64,000 nucleotides of DNA, from positions 17,648,784-17,712,783 of the forward strand of contig CM121341.1 in NCBI GenBank assembly GCA_051530055.1, in the 5' to 3' direction. Both the position numbers and the translations under genes were made by a program. The DNA is from Neoechinorhynchus agilis. Taxonomy: Eukaryota > Animalia > Acanthocephala. Under the pieces are notes generated by a model. That model saw only the letters and a list, made by a program, of their open reading frames with translations. It was not told the origin of the DNA and did no database searches. This document shows positions 38,138-50,518 of this stretch, piece by piece. How positions within the stretch are numbered: the first letter of the stretch is position 1; every line of letters begins with the position of its first letter.

Positions 38138-40100
38138 CTATTTTAATCCTAAAATTACTTTATATCGCCTCAAAATATCCATTATTTCACTCGAAACTGT
38201 GGCTGGATCGTCTTCGTGAATTGCATGGCCTGTCCCGGGTACCAAAAATATTTGAAATGCACCTTGCATTTGCCCTATAGTCAGAGTTCTATCAAGCATT
38301 TCGATATTAGAAAGTACAAGGATCTTTGCTCCTGGCAGTTCAACAAAGTTCCCTGACATTCCATCGAACCAACCATTCCAATATGGCGACGTTTTCGATA
38401 AATTTATTCTCCAATTTACTTCACCATTCGAATCCGTTAAGAAGTGCCCTGGTCCAGATACTCGAACGGATAAAAGATTTCTTATTTGATTTGCACGGTA
38501 AAGATATTCTATGGCTTTGGACATGCACGGGAAAATATTAGGCCGCACGGATAAAATTTGTTTCATTTTATTCAATGATTGTTTCGCGTATCCTTCTAAG
38601 GCACGTTCAAGTGAAGATATTAAAACGAATGTAGCATTCGAGAAAATGACGTTTTTCTAGAAATATGAGTATTATTAACAGTTGGCGGATTCTAAAAAAC
38701 AATGTCAATCGTTGCAGCATGTAAAAATACTGATTAAATCTATCCGAAAAAGGAATTGAAGTTCATATGCTTGATTAAGGTTTAAGATAGAAAGTCCGCT
38801 AGCACTATTTCTTAAGTGATCATTTCTAGCGAATTAATACTTTTTAAAAGAATCACGAAAGGTCAATTTGAGACCGTGATTCAGCGTTTAACTTGCGACT
38901 TTTTCCATCACATAAATACAATAAAGGAGCTAAACAAATTTTCTCAATAAAACTAATATCAATCATCGATCGATATAACTTCGAGATAATCGAATAAGAA
39001 TTGTGATAGGGAAAATTTTGGACATGGCATATTTTATTTATATCGTTGTTTAGGTAGCTTGTCGACACCCGAGAGAGATCATTAAAGACGAATGTATATT
39101 TCGACTGATTGAATTAGTCATAATCAATTCAATTGTACGTCTTTAACACGATCTTTCTCGAGTATCGACAGGCGACCTAAACAACAATATATCTAACAAC
39201 CCCAATGTAATCCTCAATAAAAATATTTTATTTGCTTGTAAGTGTTCTACAATATATGTTGCGAGGTAACCTCATCAAATATTTCAAACGTTTGTCAATA
39301 ACCTAGAGAGATTTTTAAAGGCAAATGTATATATTTCGACCGGTTGAAACAGAATCATTATATAAATTCCATTTTTGTAACGATTTTACGTCGTAAAAAC
39401 TTACAAGCAATAGAACTGATAAAATGACTGATTCAACCGGTCGAAATATATACATTTGTCTTTAAAAATCCCTCTAGGTTATTGACAAAGGACCTAAATA
39501 ATAACAATTCTTAAGACTAACATTGTTTCCAATAAGGACAATAGTATTGAAAAATAACTTGAAACTCAATCATAGTCTGTAAAAAGTTCAAACCTACTAG
39601 CAAGATATCTCATTGATTAAATTTTCTTCACGTGGACGTGCCGGACGACGTCGATAACAACGGTCAGCTGAACAAGTTTTTTAACACTATCTTTACAACT
39701 TTTGCCCATTCCAACGACAACAGATCCTCCAAGACTGTGTCCAACCAATACAATCACAGCCACATTATCGATCAGAGCACTTAATACGTGATTACAATCG
39801 TTAACTAAAGTTTGAATATCTAGTCGGGCATCATCGGAGGTTTGAGTTAAGCCGTGACCGCGGAGATCAATAGCAGCCAAGTCCAAAGAAAATTCTGAAT
39901 TGATACACAGTTCTTTAGCTAGAAGGGCGAAGGATAATCCGGAAAATCCAGCACCATGAACACAGAACACAAGGATGCGGTGCTGGGACTCACGAAGAGA
40001 TCGTTTAATATAAACATTGAACCTGTCTTCATCGGTAGTTTTGATGATATTTGTTTCATCGAAATAATCTTGCCATGGAAGTGGCTCAAATTGATTAAAT
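38138..40100 (-). CDS. PPME1: Protein phosphatase methylesterase 1 (PME-1); start codon not located, 5' coordinate approximate
   Basis: PLPWQDYF, HGAGFSGLSFA, DLRGHG, GHSLGG, IDVV, WRINLSKTSPYWNGWF, LTIGQMQG and GHAIHED match PME-1. Intron of about 1 kb at 38596-39642. Confidence 0.92.
39039..39191. repeat. Small degenerate fold-back element in the PPME1 intron, with a hammerhead-like core
   Basis: TATATCGTTGTTTAGGTAGCTTGTCGACACCCGAGAGAGATC pairs imperfectly with GATCTTTCTCGAGTATCGACAGGCGACCTAAACAACAATATA. The minus strand contains TTGATTA-T-GACT..AGTC-GAAA-TATA. Confidence 0.6.
39291..39489. repeat. Fold-back element in the PPME1 intron (58-bp arms, 2 mismatches) with a degenerate hammerhead
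   Basis: Arms at 39291-39348 and 39432-39489. The plus strand from 39416 reads CTGATAA-AAT-GACT-GATTCAACC-GGTC-GAAA-TATA. Confidence 0.75.
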
Positions 40101-40635
40101 GGTGGAATGAGGATAAAGAATGGGCATTCTCATTTACCACATAGAAGGATCCATTCGAGTTTTTACGTTTAAAATTTTGCCAAATCTGAAATTTTATTTA
40201 ACCACTATTTACTGAGTCCAATAACATCACTAGCAAATTCTCTTAGAAATCAATGCTGATTATCCAGGGCAATAAGTGCCTTTTGTAAAAAGTAGGTTTT
40301 TATTTAAACGACAAACACACGCTAGCCGCTATTTTTTTAAAGAATGTCGATAACCGCCAAAAGCACCGTGAAATTGAGGATTTAAGCGATTCGTTCAAAA
40401 TACTTCAAACCTAACAAAATCTATAGGACGTTATGAATTTATTTGACTAAACACTGTTCCATCGTCTTTCTTTCGCCCTAATAAAATTCTTTTTGTGTTT
40501 GCCGACACCCGAACTTGATGGAAAGTTAAGACCCGTCATTTTCAACGCTCATGATACAGACGTGCAAGTTATTTAAAATTGGCTCCTAAATTAAGGGTTT
40601 TTCAGTGCATTTTGATTCAGTTTCAATTAGCGATG

Positions 40636-40808
40636 TTTGATTCAGAAATAGATTTATCTTGAAAATTTTGGGCTTTTTCGTTGGCCTTCTTCAGTCAATT
40701 GTTTCGCAATTTTCACGTTTGAAGTGAAAAACTTGCGAAACAATTGACTGAAGAAGACCAATGAAAAGGCCGAAAATTTTCAAGATAAATCTATTTTTCT
40801 GAATCAAA
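40636..40808. repeat. 173-bp palindromic mini-element with a minimal hammerhead ribozyme motif in each arm
   Basis: Arms at 40636-40716 and 40724-40808, with the 7-nt loop GTTTGAA. Confidence 0.9.
40744..40783 (+). ncRNA. Minimal type I hammerhead ribozyme (Penelope-associated type)
   Basis: TTGA-CTGAAGA-A-GACC-AATGAAAA-GGCC-GAAA-ATT-T-TCAA: stem I TTGA/TCAA, intact core, palindromic stem III (GAAAATTTTC), one mismatch in stem II. The opposite-arm copy has GAAA changed to CAAA. Confidence 0.7.
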
Positions 40809-41172
40809 AGTCGTCATTAGCGGCTTCAATCAACTCTCCGAGTTTCGCCGCCGTCATAGGTGTCGCTGATCGAAGTATACGTCGGCTGAATTTACAAACT
40901 AAATTTCGTTTCAGTGTTTCATTTTGACTGAGTCGCCTTTTACTAAAAGCAAATGGGTACTTGGTTATAGTTCTACTTGTATTGTCTCTCTTCAATGCTT
41001 ATAGTCCCTCTATTTTACATGCAAGAATTCAATCCAAAAGCAGGAAACTATTTTTTCATTTTCTCCAAGTATGTTAATAAGCTTTGGATGTTTCTTATAG
41101 ACCTGAGAAATGATGTTCGTTTTTTATTAATTTAATCGTTTTTTCTTCATTATCAATCACGCCTACGCAGCT

Positions 41173-41340
41173 TCAGGATTTGGAACTGTTGAAATAGTGA
41201 AGTCCGACTGCGATTGTGCCGATGAATAAAGCCACACCTGCCAAAGCGCCAACGATAATGCCAGCTATTTGGTCGCCGCTTAAATGATTATCACCTAAAG
41301 TGATCTGTGGCGCAATAGTTGTAAACGTCGACGAGTTCAT
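41173..41340 (-). CDS. 55-aa single-pass membrane micropeptide, or the last exon of a larger gene
   Basis: Below the ORF-track cutoff: MNSSTFTTIAPQITLGDNHLSGDQIAGIIVGALAGVALFIGTIAVGLHYFNSSKS*. It has a Ser/Thr-rich N-terminus and a typical LSGxxIAGIIVG juxtamembrane/TM motif. Confidence 0.6.
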   Translation of the reverse strand: MNSSTFTTIAPQITLGDNHLSGDQIAGIIVGALAGVALFIGTIAVGLHYFNSSKS

Positions 41341-41964
41341 TTCTATGAGAGCTAATTTTAAGAAATTGATTCCAATCGCTTATTTATCGTAAAACACTCA
41401 CGTTGACAAATGACAAGGTTAACGAATGTCCAAAAAGGAATAATCAATTGTCGAAGGGCGTTATCTGCACTTGATGACAAGAACGTGCTTAGGTTCATAG
41501 CTTTCGCATTTAGAAATCTAAGGTTAAATAGAAAGAATGCCATTATATTCAACTTATGCGGAGTTAACATCGATCCATTCTGACTTTTCAATGTGCCTGC
41601 ATCGAAATCTAACTAGCATCGTTCTGTTTCCTGGGAACTCTTTCTCGTTAGACAGCCGCTATAGGGATTCATCAAAGATTGTTAAAGCATAAACTTTCGA
41701 GCGAGAGGTACCTATAGTAACCGAGATTCCTATAACTGCTGGATCGGAACGAGTGCGCGCAATATTATTGATGAAGATCGCTTATCAAACTCCGTTTAGA
41801 CATTGGACATGAGAAAATTTCATATCTCTATAAGCAAGAGAACGACCTTCCTTTAAATGACTTCATAAAATCAAACATCGTATTTTTAAACAAGAAAATA
41901 AGATGAATGCGACAGATTTTCGATTTCAATTTGAATCAAATGTATTGTTATTAAGGTCGCTTTT

Positions 41965-42040
41965 TGACACCTGAAAAGGATCATTAAATACGAATGCATA
42001 TATTTCGACTGATTGAATCAGTCATTGTCAATTGAATCTA
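41965..42040 (-). repeat. Solo copy of the hammerhead-like repeat seen at 39061-39130
   Basis: The minus strand reads TTGACAA-T-GACTGA-TTCAA-TCAGTC-GAAA-TATA-TGCATTCG, similar to 39061-39130. Confidence 0.55.
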
Positions 42041-42132
42041 AAAAATTACAGGGGAATTTGTCACAAACACAAATCACATGATTGTTTTTGTTTTGACTCG
42101 GCAACCGGGATCGTCAACCTCGCAGGCGATCA

Positions 42133-42420
42133 TCAACCGTCCCCGTCCTCAGTTGTACCCCGAATGCTTGCAGTGTTGTCTCTCAACACGGCGATGCTGA
42201 TATTTTGAACCAGGTTTGTATCACCGTTTGTAACCTGAAGGCGTCGCTTCAGATCCTTCAGAAGTTGAAGAGCCTCGCTACCAAGAGATCCGTAGGTCTC
42301 AACCCCAAAAGGCAGAAACACATGGGCAAAATCGAGTTATTTTGCCGTTTTCCGTCCTTCCGCAGCGCTCGCTGCACCTTTAGCTTGACATTTTCGTGCC
42401 GTGATTTCAAATTCGTATTT
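42133..42420 (-). mobile_element. CRE/R2-group RLE 3' fragment
   Basis: AAEGRKTAK...FLPFGVETYGSLGSEALQLLKDL...QNISIAVLRDNTASIRGT. Confidence 0.75.
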
Positions 42421-42905
42421 AGTAATTTCTTCTCAACTGCATTTCATCTTTTCGATTGTCCTTATCTAAGCAATTGAAGCGGTTAAAAACAATAGTTTAT
42501 TTTGGACACCGATATTTCGGAGTTTTGCTCCTACTTCGGGATTCTGAAAACACGTCATCTACAAAGATAGAGTTAGAAAAATTCAGTTAGGATGCTAACT
42601 CATTCCGTTGGTTAAGCACAATAACACATCCCACTTTGGCTGCCGTCTCCTGCCTACGACCATGAGTCCTAATTTTTCAGCTCTTGCGAGATAAGCAAAG
42701 ATTCCACAGTCCAAAGTTCACTTTGTATAAGTCTCAGATCTTTAAATATGAAAGTTTATGGTGATTAGAATTTTATGGTGATCATAATCCTCCGGATAAA
42801 CCATCTAAATAGTTTTTAGTTGCAAATCAAAATGACGTTTTGAATAAGAGAGAAACTTTGTGTGGTGTCATTTTCGACGGATTTTCGGCGACTTTTAGAT
42901 CGAAG

Positions 42906-43462
42906 ATGGCTACAGGCGGGGAATCAACTGTTCCAGTCGTTAGTGTTGACACTTCGGATCTTGGAGGGTTATGCGAGGCTATTAGTAAAATTGAGCGTGA
43001 CCGGAAGGAGCGAAAAGAACAGCTCAAAAGACTTTATTCTCAAGGTGAGTCCAATCTTGAAGTCGACAATGAAAGGAAAGGAAATCGAGATCAACAAGTA
43101 GTACCAATATTCCGCAGCTACGTTCCTTCAGATGAACATTTAAAGGAAACGACTATTCCTGGTCCGAATTTAACGGATTTTGAGAAAATCGTGAGTTAAC
43201 TTTGAATAAAGTGCATTACACTCACTGAGTTGTTTGTTAGGTTAAAAAGAGTATGAGTGTAGTGAGTGAGGACGTTATTCAGAATCGACCGGTGAATGCG
43301 TTTCTTATAGCTCCTGAACGAATTGATGCGGATTTGAAGAAGGATATTGAAAACGATATGCAGAAGCTTAAGCAAGAGACCATGCGGGCGATGACGGAGA
43401 TTGCAAGGGAAAATATACTAAACCGTAAATATGTATCTGCTATTGCCGATACTACTAGCTAG
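42906..43462 (+). CDS. CCDC12: CCDC12/Cwf18 spliceosomal protein (2 exons)
   Basis: RKERKEQLKRL...FRSYVPSDEHLK...IAPERIDADLKKDIENDMQKLKQETMRAMTEIARE. GT-AG intron at 43191-43240 (50 nt). Confidence 0.85.
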
Positions 43463-44025
43463 AGAATAAATACAATCTTTAACTGAGAAATAGTTGCCGA
43501 TATACATCATACCTTCCTTGCTTTGATCGCTTTATAATTTTAACTTTTCGCTCCTTATTGATTTCTTTGATCGGAGCATAATTTTGTTAGGTGTCAGGAC
43601 AGTTTAGCTTGGATATTTATCTCAAGAGGAAATCTAGTTGCAATCTCCATTGAGGAACACGTTCATTTATTCTTAATAATTAATTGTATGAACACATGGA
43701 AAAGCATGAAAAAGTTGTTGTTGAATACTGTCATTTTTTACGCTTGTTTATAAAAATCATCGATAAAAAATCCTTCGGGTTAATCAAAGTATACTTTTGG
43801 TGAAAATAATCCCGGTCATAACATATATTTGAAATAAATCAAATATTTTGGGAAATTCCTAGATTTATTGCCTATATTTCGTCGGATAATTCCGATATTA
43901 TCAAGACCTATCATTGCTTGTAAAATTTTAAATGTCCTAGTGCGCATTTCAAGAAATTTGCGCTTTTTGTGTCAGACAGTTTGCTCTTGCCACTCGATTT
44001 GAGCAGTTGGAGCTATCGGTGGAAA

Positions 44026-44255
44026 ATGTCGGGAGGAAAAGAAACAAAAGGTTGACTTGGAGTGCTGAAATTTTCAAGAGAACTGGACGGATTTGTATTT
44101 TTCTTCGTAGAGCAGGACGAGGAACCGCTGTCTCATCTGTAAGAGAGGGTTACGGTAGTCAATGAACACAATAATTAAAAGACACTATGAAACCAAACAC
44201 AGAACAATGTACGATCCGTGTGTTGGTTTGCTTCGAGAAGAGAAGATCGCGAAGT
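44026..44255 (+). mobile_element. hAT (SPIN/GTF2IRD2-like) transposase N-terminal fragment, degraded
   Basis: Across frameshifts: KVDLEC-NFQENWTDLYF...CLIC...IKRHYETKH...YDPCVGLLREEKIAK, a BED-finger pattern. It ends where the CRE RT fragment is joined. Confidence 0.7.
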
Positions 44256-46280
<2,025 letters not shown>

Positions 46281-47308
46281 AAACTCACGCCTCATACAAG
46301 GGTTAGTACGGTGCTACATACAGAAATTGAAAAGTCGCGCCGCCAAACGGAATATTTTATACGATTCATCAGCGGAACTACAGTTTATACATACGAGCGA
46401 GGAGGATATATTAGACCAGTTATTTTTAAATGAGAACCGCTGCAGTGCTTGTATTTTACTATCTTTTGACAGAACCAGTCGATGTGACCCAAGGCAATAT
46501 ATTTCGAACATTGAGGAAGTAAGAAGTTATGATTGGACCGTTGTTTGAATTGTGATAAAGCGCGCCAAAAATAACGAATCTCAATAGTAAAACAAATCAG
46601 CGAGTTGGCTATGTGGATGGGAAGTTTAATCAGCGGGGCATATGCGGCCTATTTCTTTTAAAAGGATATTTAATTGGAGTTAATTCGTGCTTTTTTAATT
46701 TCGAGAATGTCTTCCCTGGACAGCTTCGTAAGGGGATTGAACACAATAAATGTAGTTTTCCCGTGATAAGTCATCAAACGTGATGTCTGACACATTGAAA
46801 AGTTCGGATAAAAGGTTTTTACCCTTATATTGAACTTGGTTTGTATGACCGTTTTAGGAGGATTTACCCAGATTGGATTTTTTTGGCTTGGAGAAGGAAC
46901 TCTTTGAAATATTTGTTCGATAATTAAGAGATTAAGGTCCTCTTCAGATGTTCGTTTTTAAATCTGATAATAAAGTCTCATTTAGGAACACGAATCCGAA
47001 GACGAAAAGATGAATCTTGCGGTACCTTAGGCACAGATTTGTGGGAAATAATACCTAAGGCCGAATGAGACAGTAGCACGTTAGTGGCCGAAAGTATTTC
47101 CAGTATCCACTTGATCCTAAAGAGATCTCCTGTAGAAAAGATGTAAGAGGTATCAAGCGTGCAATTTTTGCGATGATCATTCAACACCAAATGGATGATT
47201 TATTAAATTGAAAACGACGTTTTGTTTTACTTATAATAAATGTTGTGCATACAACGAACCAACCGAATGATGTCGATATGTGAGCAGGCACTGGGGTATA
47301 CGATTAGA

Positions 47309-47489
47309 CTTATTGTTTAGGTCTTCACCCGGTAAACAATTTTTTATTAAAAACGTTTCGAACGTCATCGGGTTTTTCATCAGTTTGTTAGTTATTAAAA
47401 ACGCTCAAGATGACTGATGATGACACCGAAGAGGTTTTAAACGTTTTTAATAAAAAAATTATTTACCGGGTGAAGACTTAAACAAGAAG
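47309..47489. repeat. Fold-back mini-element (50-bp arms) with two outward-facing degenerate hammerheads
   Basis: Arms at 47309-47358 and 47439-47489. Minus strand: CTGATGA-AAAACCCGATGACGTTC-GAAA-CGTT. Plus strand: CTGATGA-TGACACCGAAGAGGTTT-TAAA-CGTT. Confidence 0.75.
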
Positions 47490-47759
47490 TCAAAGCCGTG
47501 ATATTAGTTAGAGCACGAACGATTGAGATTATCGATTCCGATTGATCATATATCGTTCCGCCTTTCTCGACGAGACAGCAATTTCACTGTTTAAAATATT
47601 CGAAGTGTTTCACCTGCTGTAAATCTCAATTTGCTCGTTACACAAAAACTAAGGAAAATGCCACTCTAGAATTGTAACGAAATGATTGCGATATACAAAC
47701 CTTGATCTTATCACGGACGAGTAGGGACATTGCCTAATTGGCGAGGCAAAATGTGAATA

Positions 47760-49640
47760 ACTGCCGTCTGCCGAAGTCAGCGTCCTTCCAGCCACAACAC
47801 TCGATAAACAGACCAAACACGCTGGCAGAGCACTTACAGCTGCAAACGGTTCAACAATCCCAACATTCGGCAACAAGCTACTGCAGTTGAATTTCGGTAA
47901 AACTCAGACGGAATAGATGTTAACTCTTGCAGCGGTTAAACACCCTATCCTAGGCCCTGATTTCCTTCGACACTCAGGTTTACTGGTCGACTTAAGGAAT
48001 AAGCAGCTGGTTAGTGCAGAAACTTTCGCAACGATACCACTAGCCTCCGTTCCTGTATCGATCGAAGCCCTCAGCGTCGATTTCCTCGGATCGAAGAACG
48101 ACGAATTTAGTAAAATTCTCGCAGATTTCCCCGATATAACGAGACCTACCTTTTCGTAAGTTTCGACCAAACATGCAGTGGAGCACATTATTGAGACACA
48201 AGGACAACCACTCCATGCTAGACCGCGACGCCTCCCGCCCAATAAACTCGCTATTACTAAATCCGAATTCAAAAATATGGAGGATCTTGGAATCATTAGA
48301 CGCTCAAATAGCCAGTGGTCGTCTCCGTTGCATCTCGTACCCAAATCAGGCGGCGGATGGCGTCCTTGTGGTTATTACCGCAGGCTAAATGATATCACAA
48401 CGCCCGACAAATATCCGATTCCTCGAATACAAGATTTTTCAGCTAAACTCGCTGGAACAACGATTTTCTCGAAAGTAGACCTCGTCCGAGGGTATCATCA
48501 AATTCGGGTAGCCCAACAAGACATACCAAATACTGCGATTATTACGCCTTTTGGCCTTTTTGAATTTCTTCGTATGCCTTTCGGGTTGAAAAATGCTGCA
48601 TAAACATTCCAGCGGTTAATGGATACGGTTTGTTCAGGTATGGATTTTGCTTTCGTCTACTTAGATGATATACTGATCGCGAGTTCAAATCGATCCGAGC
48701 ACAGGAAACACCTACGAACATTGTTCGATCGACTCTCAGAGTACGGCCTCGTTCTGAACCCAGATTAGTGTGAGTTCGGCGTAGAATAGATCTATTTCCT
48801 AGGACACCGTGTGAGTGGACGGGGTACAGTACCATTGCCAGATAAAGTAAGCGCGATTCGCAGTTAACCTCCTCCGACATCCACCAAAGCTTTGCAAGGA
48901 TTTGTTGGTATGGTAAATTATTATCATCATTTCATCCCTTCGGCAGCCCGTCTGATGCGTTCGCTCAACCAAGGGCTTTTTGGTAAAACAAATCTAAGAG
49001 GTTTTTCTTGGACAGTTGAAATGGGTTCAGTATCCGAAAAAACTAAAGCCGCTCTAGCAAACGCAACGATGCTTTCACATTCAGTGACCAACGCACCAAT
49101 CTCTGTCAGTACAGATGCATCCGAGTTCGCTATTGGCGCTGTTCTACAGCAGAAAGTGTCCGATTCATGGCAGCCACTGGCATTCTTCAGCAAACAACTG
49201 CGTAAACCTGAACAACGGTACAGTACCTTCGATCGCGAGCTTCTAGCCATGTATCTCGCTATCCGACATTTTCGATATTACGTCGAGGGCCGATCGCTTA
49301 CGATTTACACTGATCATCGACCTTTAGTTTATGCGATGTCAAAAGTTTCGGATCCTTGGCCAGCCCGTCAGCAACGACATTTGAATTATATATCTGAGTT
49401 CACGACCAATATCGAACACATTAGTGGACAAGAGAATCAAGTTGCCGATGCATTGTCCCGCATTGATTATTTAGCCAGTATTTCCGAAGGAATATCGTTT
49501 GAAGCGACCGCAGAAGATCAAAAGTCTGATCAACACATCCAGGCATATCGTTCAACGAATACCTCGCTACAGTTGAAAGAAATTCCTTTCAATGGCACAG
49601 GACAAACTATTTTGTGTGACATTTCTACTGGCCGTTATAG
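47760..49640 (+). mobile_element. Ty3/gypsy LTR retrotransposon pol remnant (PR-RT-RNase H; integrase and LTRs not seen)
   Basis: AEVSVLP, PILGPDFL, WSSPLHLVPK, FSKVDLVRGYHQI, RMPFGLKNAA, YLDDIL, TDASEFAIGAVL and YSTFDRELLA, with several in-frame stops. Confidence 0.92.
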
Positions 49641-50518
49641 ACCGACGAAACGATTAATTCCAATTAAGTACATATTGTTTACATTTTAGCAACTAATTTT
49701 CCATCAAGGTTGAAAAATTCTAAAACTTCAGGGTAAGGCAAAGCACCAAGTGCAGTTTTGGGATAAAGATCTGTCATAGATTTGGGTGGATTGGTTAAAG
49801 AGTTTTGTAGTTAACTGTTTAGACCGCAAAAATAACTTCCTCGCTGCAAGTCTTTAACAAAAACACTTGTTTTACAACCGTAAAATGAAACATACTGCGT
49901 TACAAAGAAAGCTTTTATTCAACGAATTCTTTCCAGCGGTTCTGGCTAGTTCTATTAAATTTAAATTAATGATGAGCTATACTCTCAATCTCTCATTTTT
50001 AGATAATTTAATCTTCCCATCGAACTAATGATAAATTGTCAGATGATACCTTCGTCGTCGTTGAAATATTGATCCGTTCGATTGCGTCCATAAATGGACA
50101 TTTTGAATTCGACAATCTAGAAACTTCCCTCTTACCTTGTCTAATGTCTTATAGCTGATACAAAGAAATGTAAACGAAGATGATTGTTAAGTTTGATTAC
50201 ATGAAGGTATAAGGTTTGCTGGAGTTAAATGTTGTTAATGTAAGGCTATTATATTCGAGGTAATTAGTCAACGATAACCGAAAATTCGGGTTACTATTTT
50301 GATACTATAGAGAAAAGCTGGAGCGACGTCTTTGCGAGTTTGTCATGAGAACTATTTAACTGTAAAACTACGAATCAGCATAAAGATAAATTTTGCAAAC
50401 TCTAGGCAACTAACTCGGATATGTTGATCGATAACTGCGGCCGTTGAATATTTGTACGTATTTTCAAAACTCCCAGTAATGAGTTCTTTTAAATTGACTC
50501 ACATATTCGTTTCTTGTA

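Noticed and set aside
18279-40100. Functional clustering of a PP2B catalytic subunit with the PP2A methylesterase
   Set aside because: They act on different phosphatases and are about 18 kb apart; no evidence beyond coincidence.
47760-49640. Stop-codon reassignment suggested by in-frame TAA/TAG in gypsy and CRE frames
   Set aside because: The stops replace different residues, and host genes end in TAA, TAG and TGA; ordinary decay explains them.
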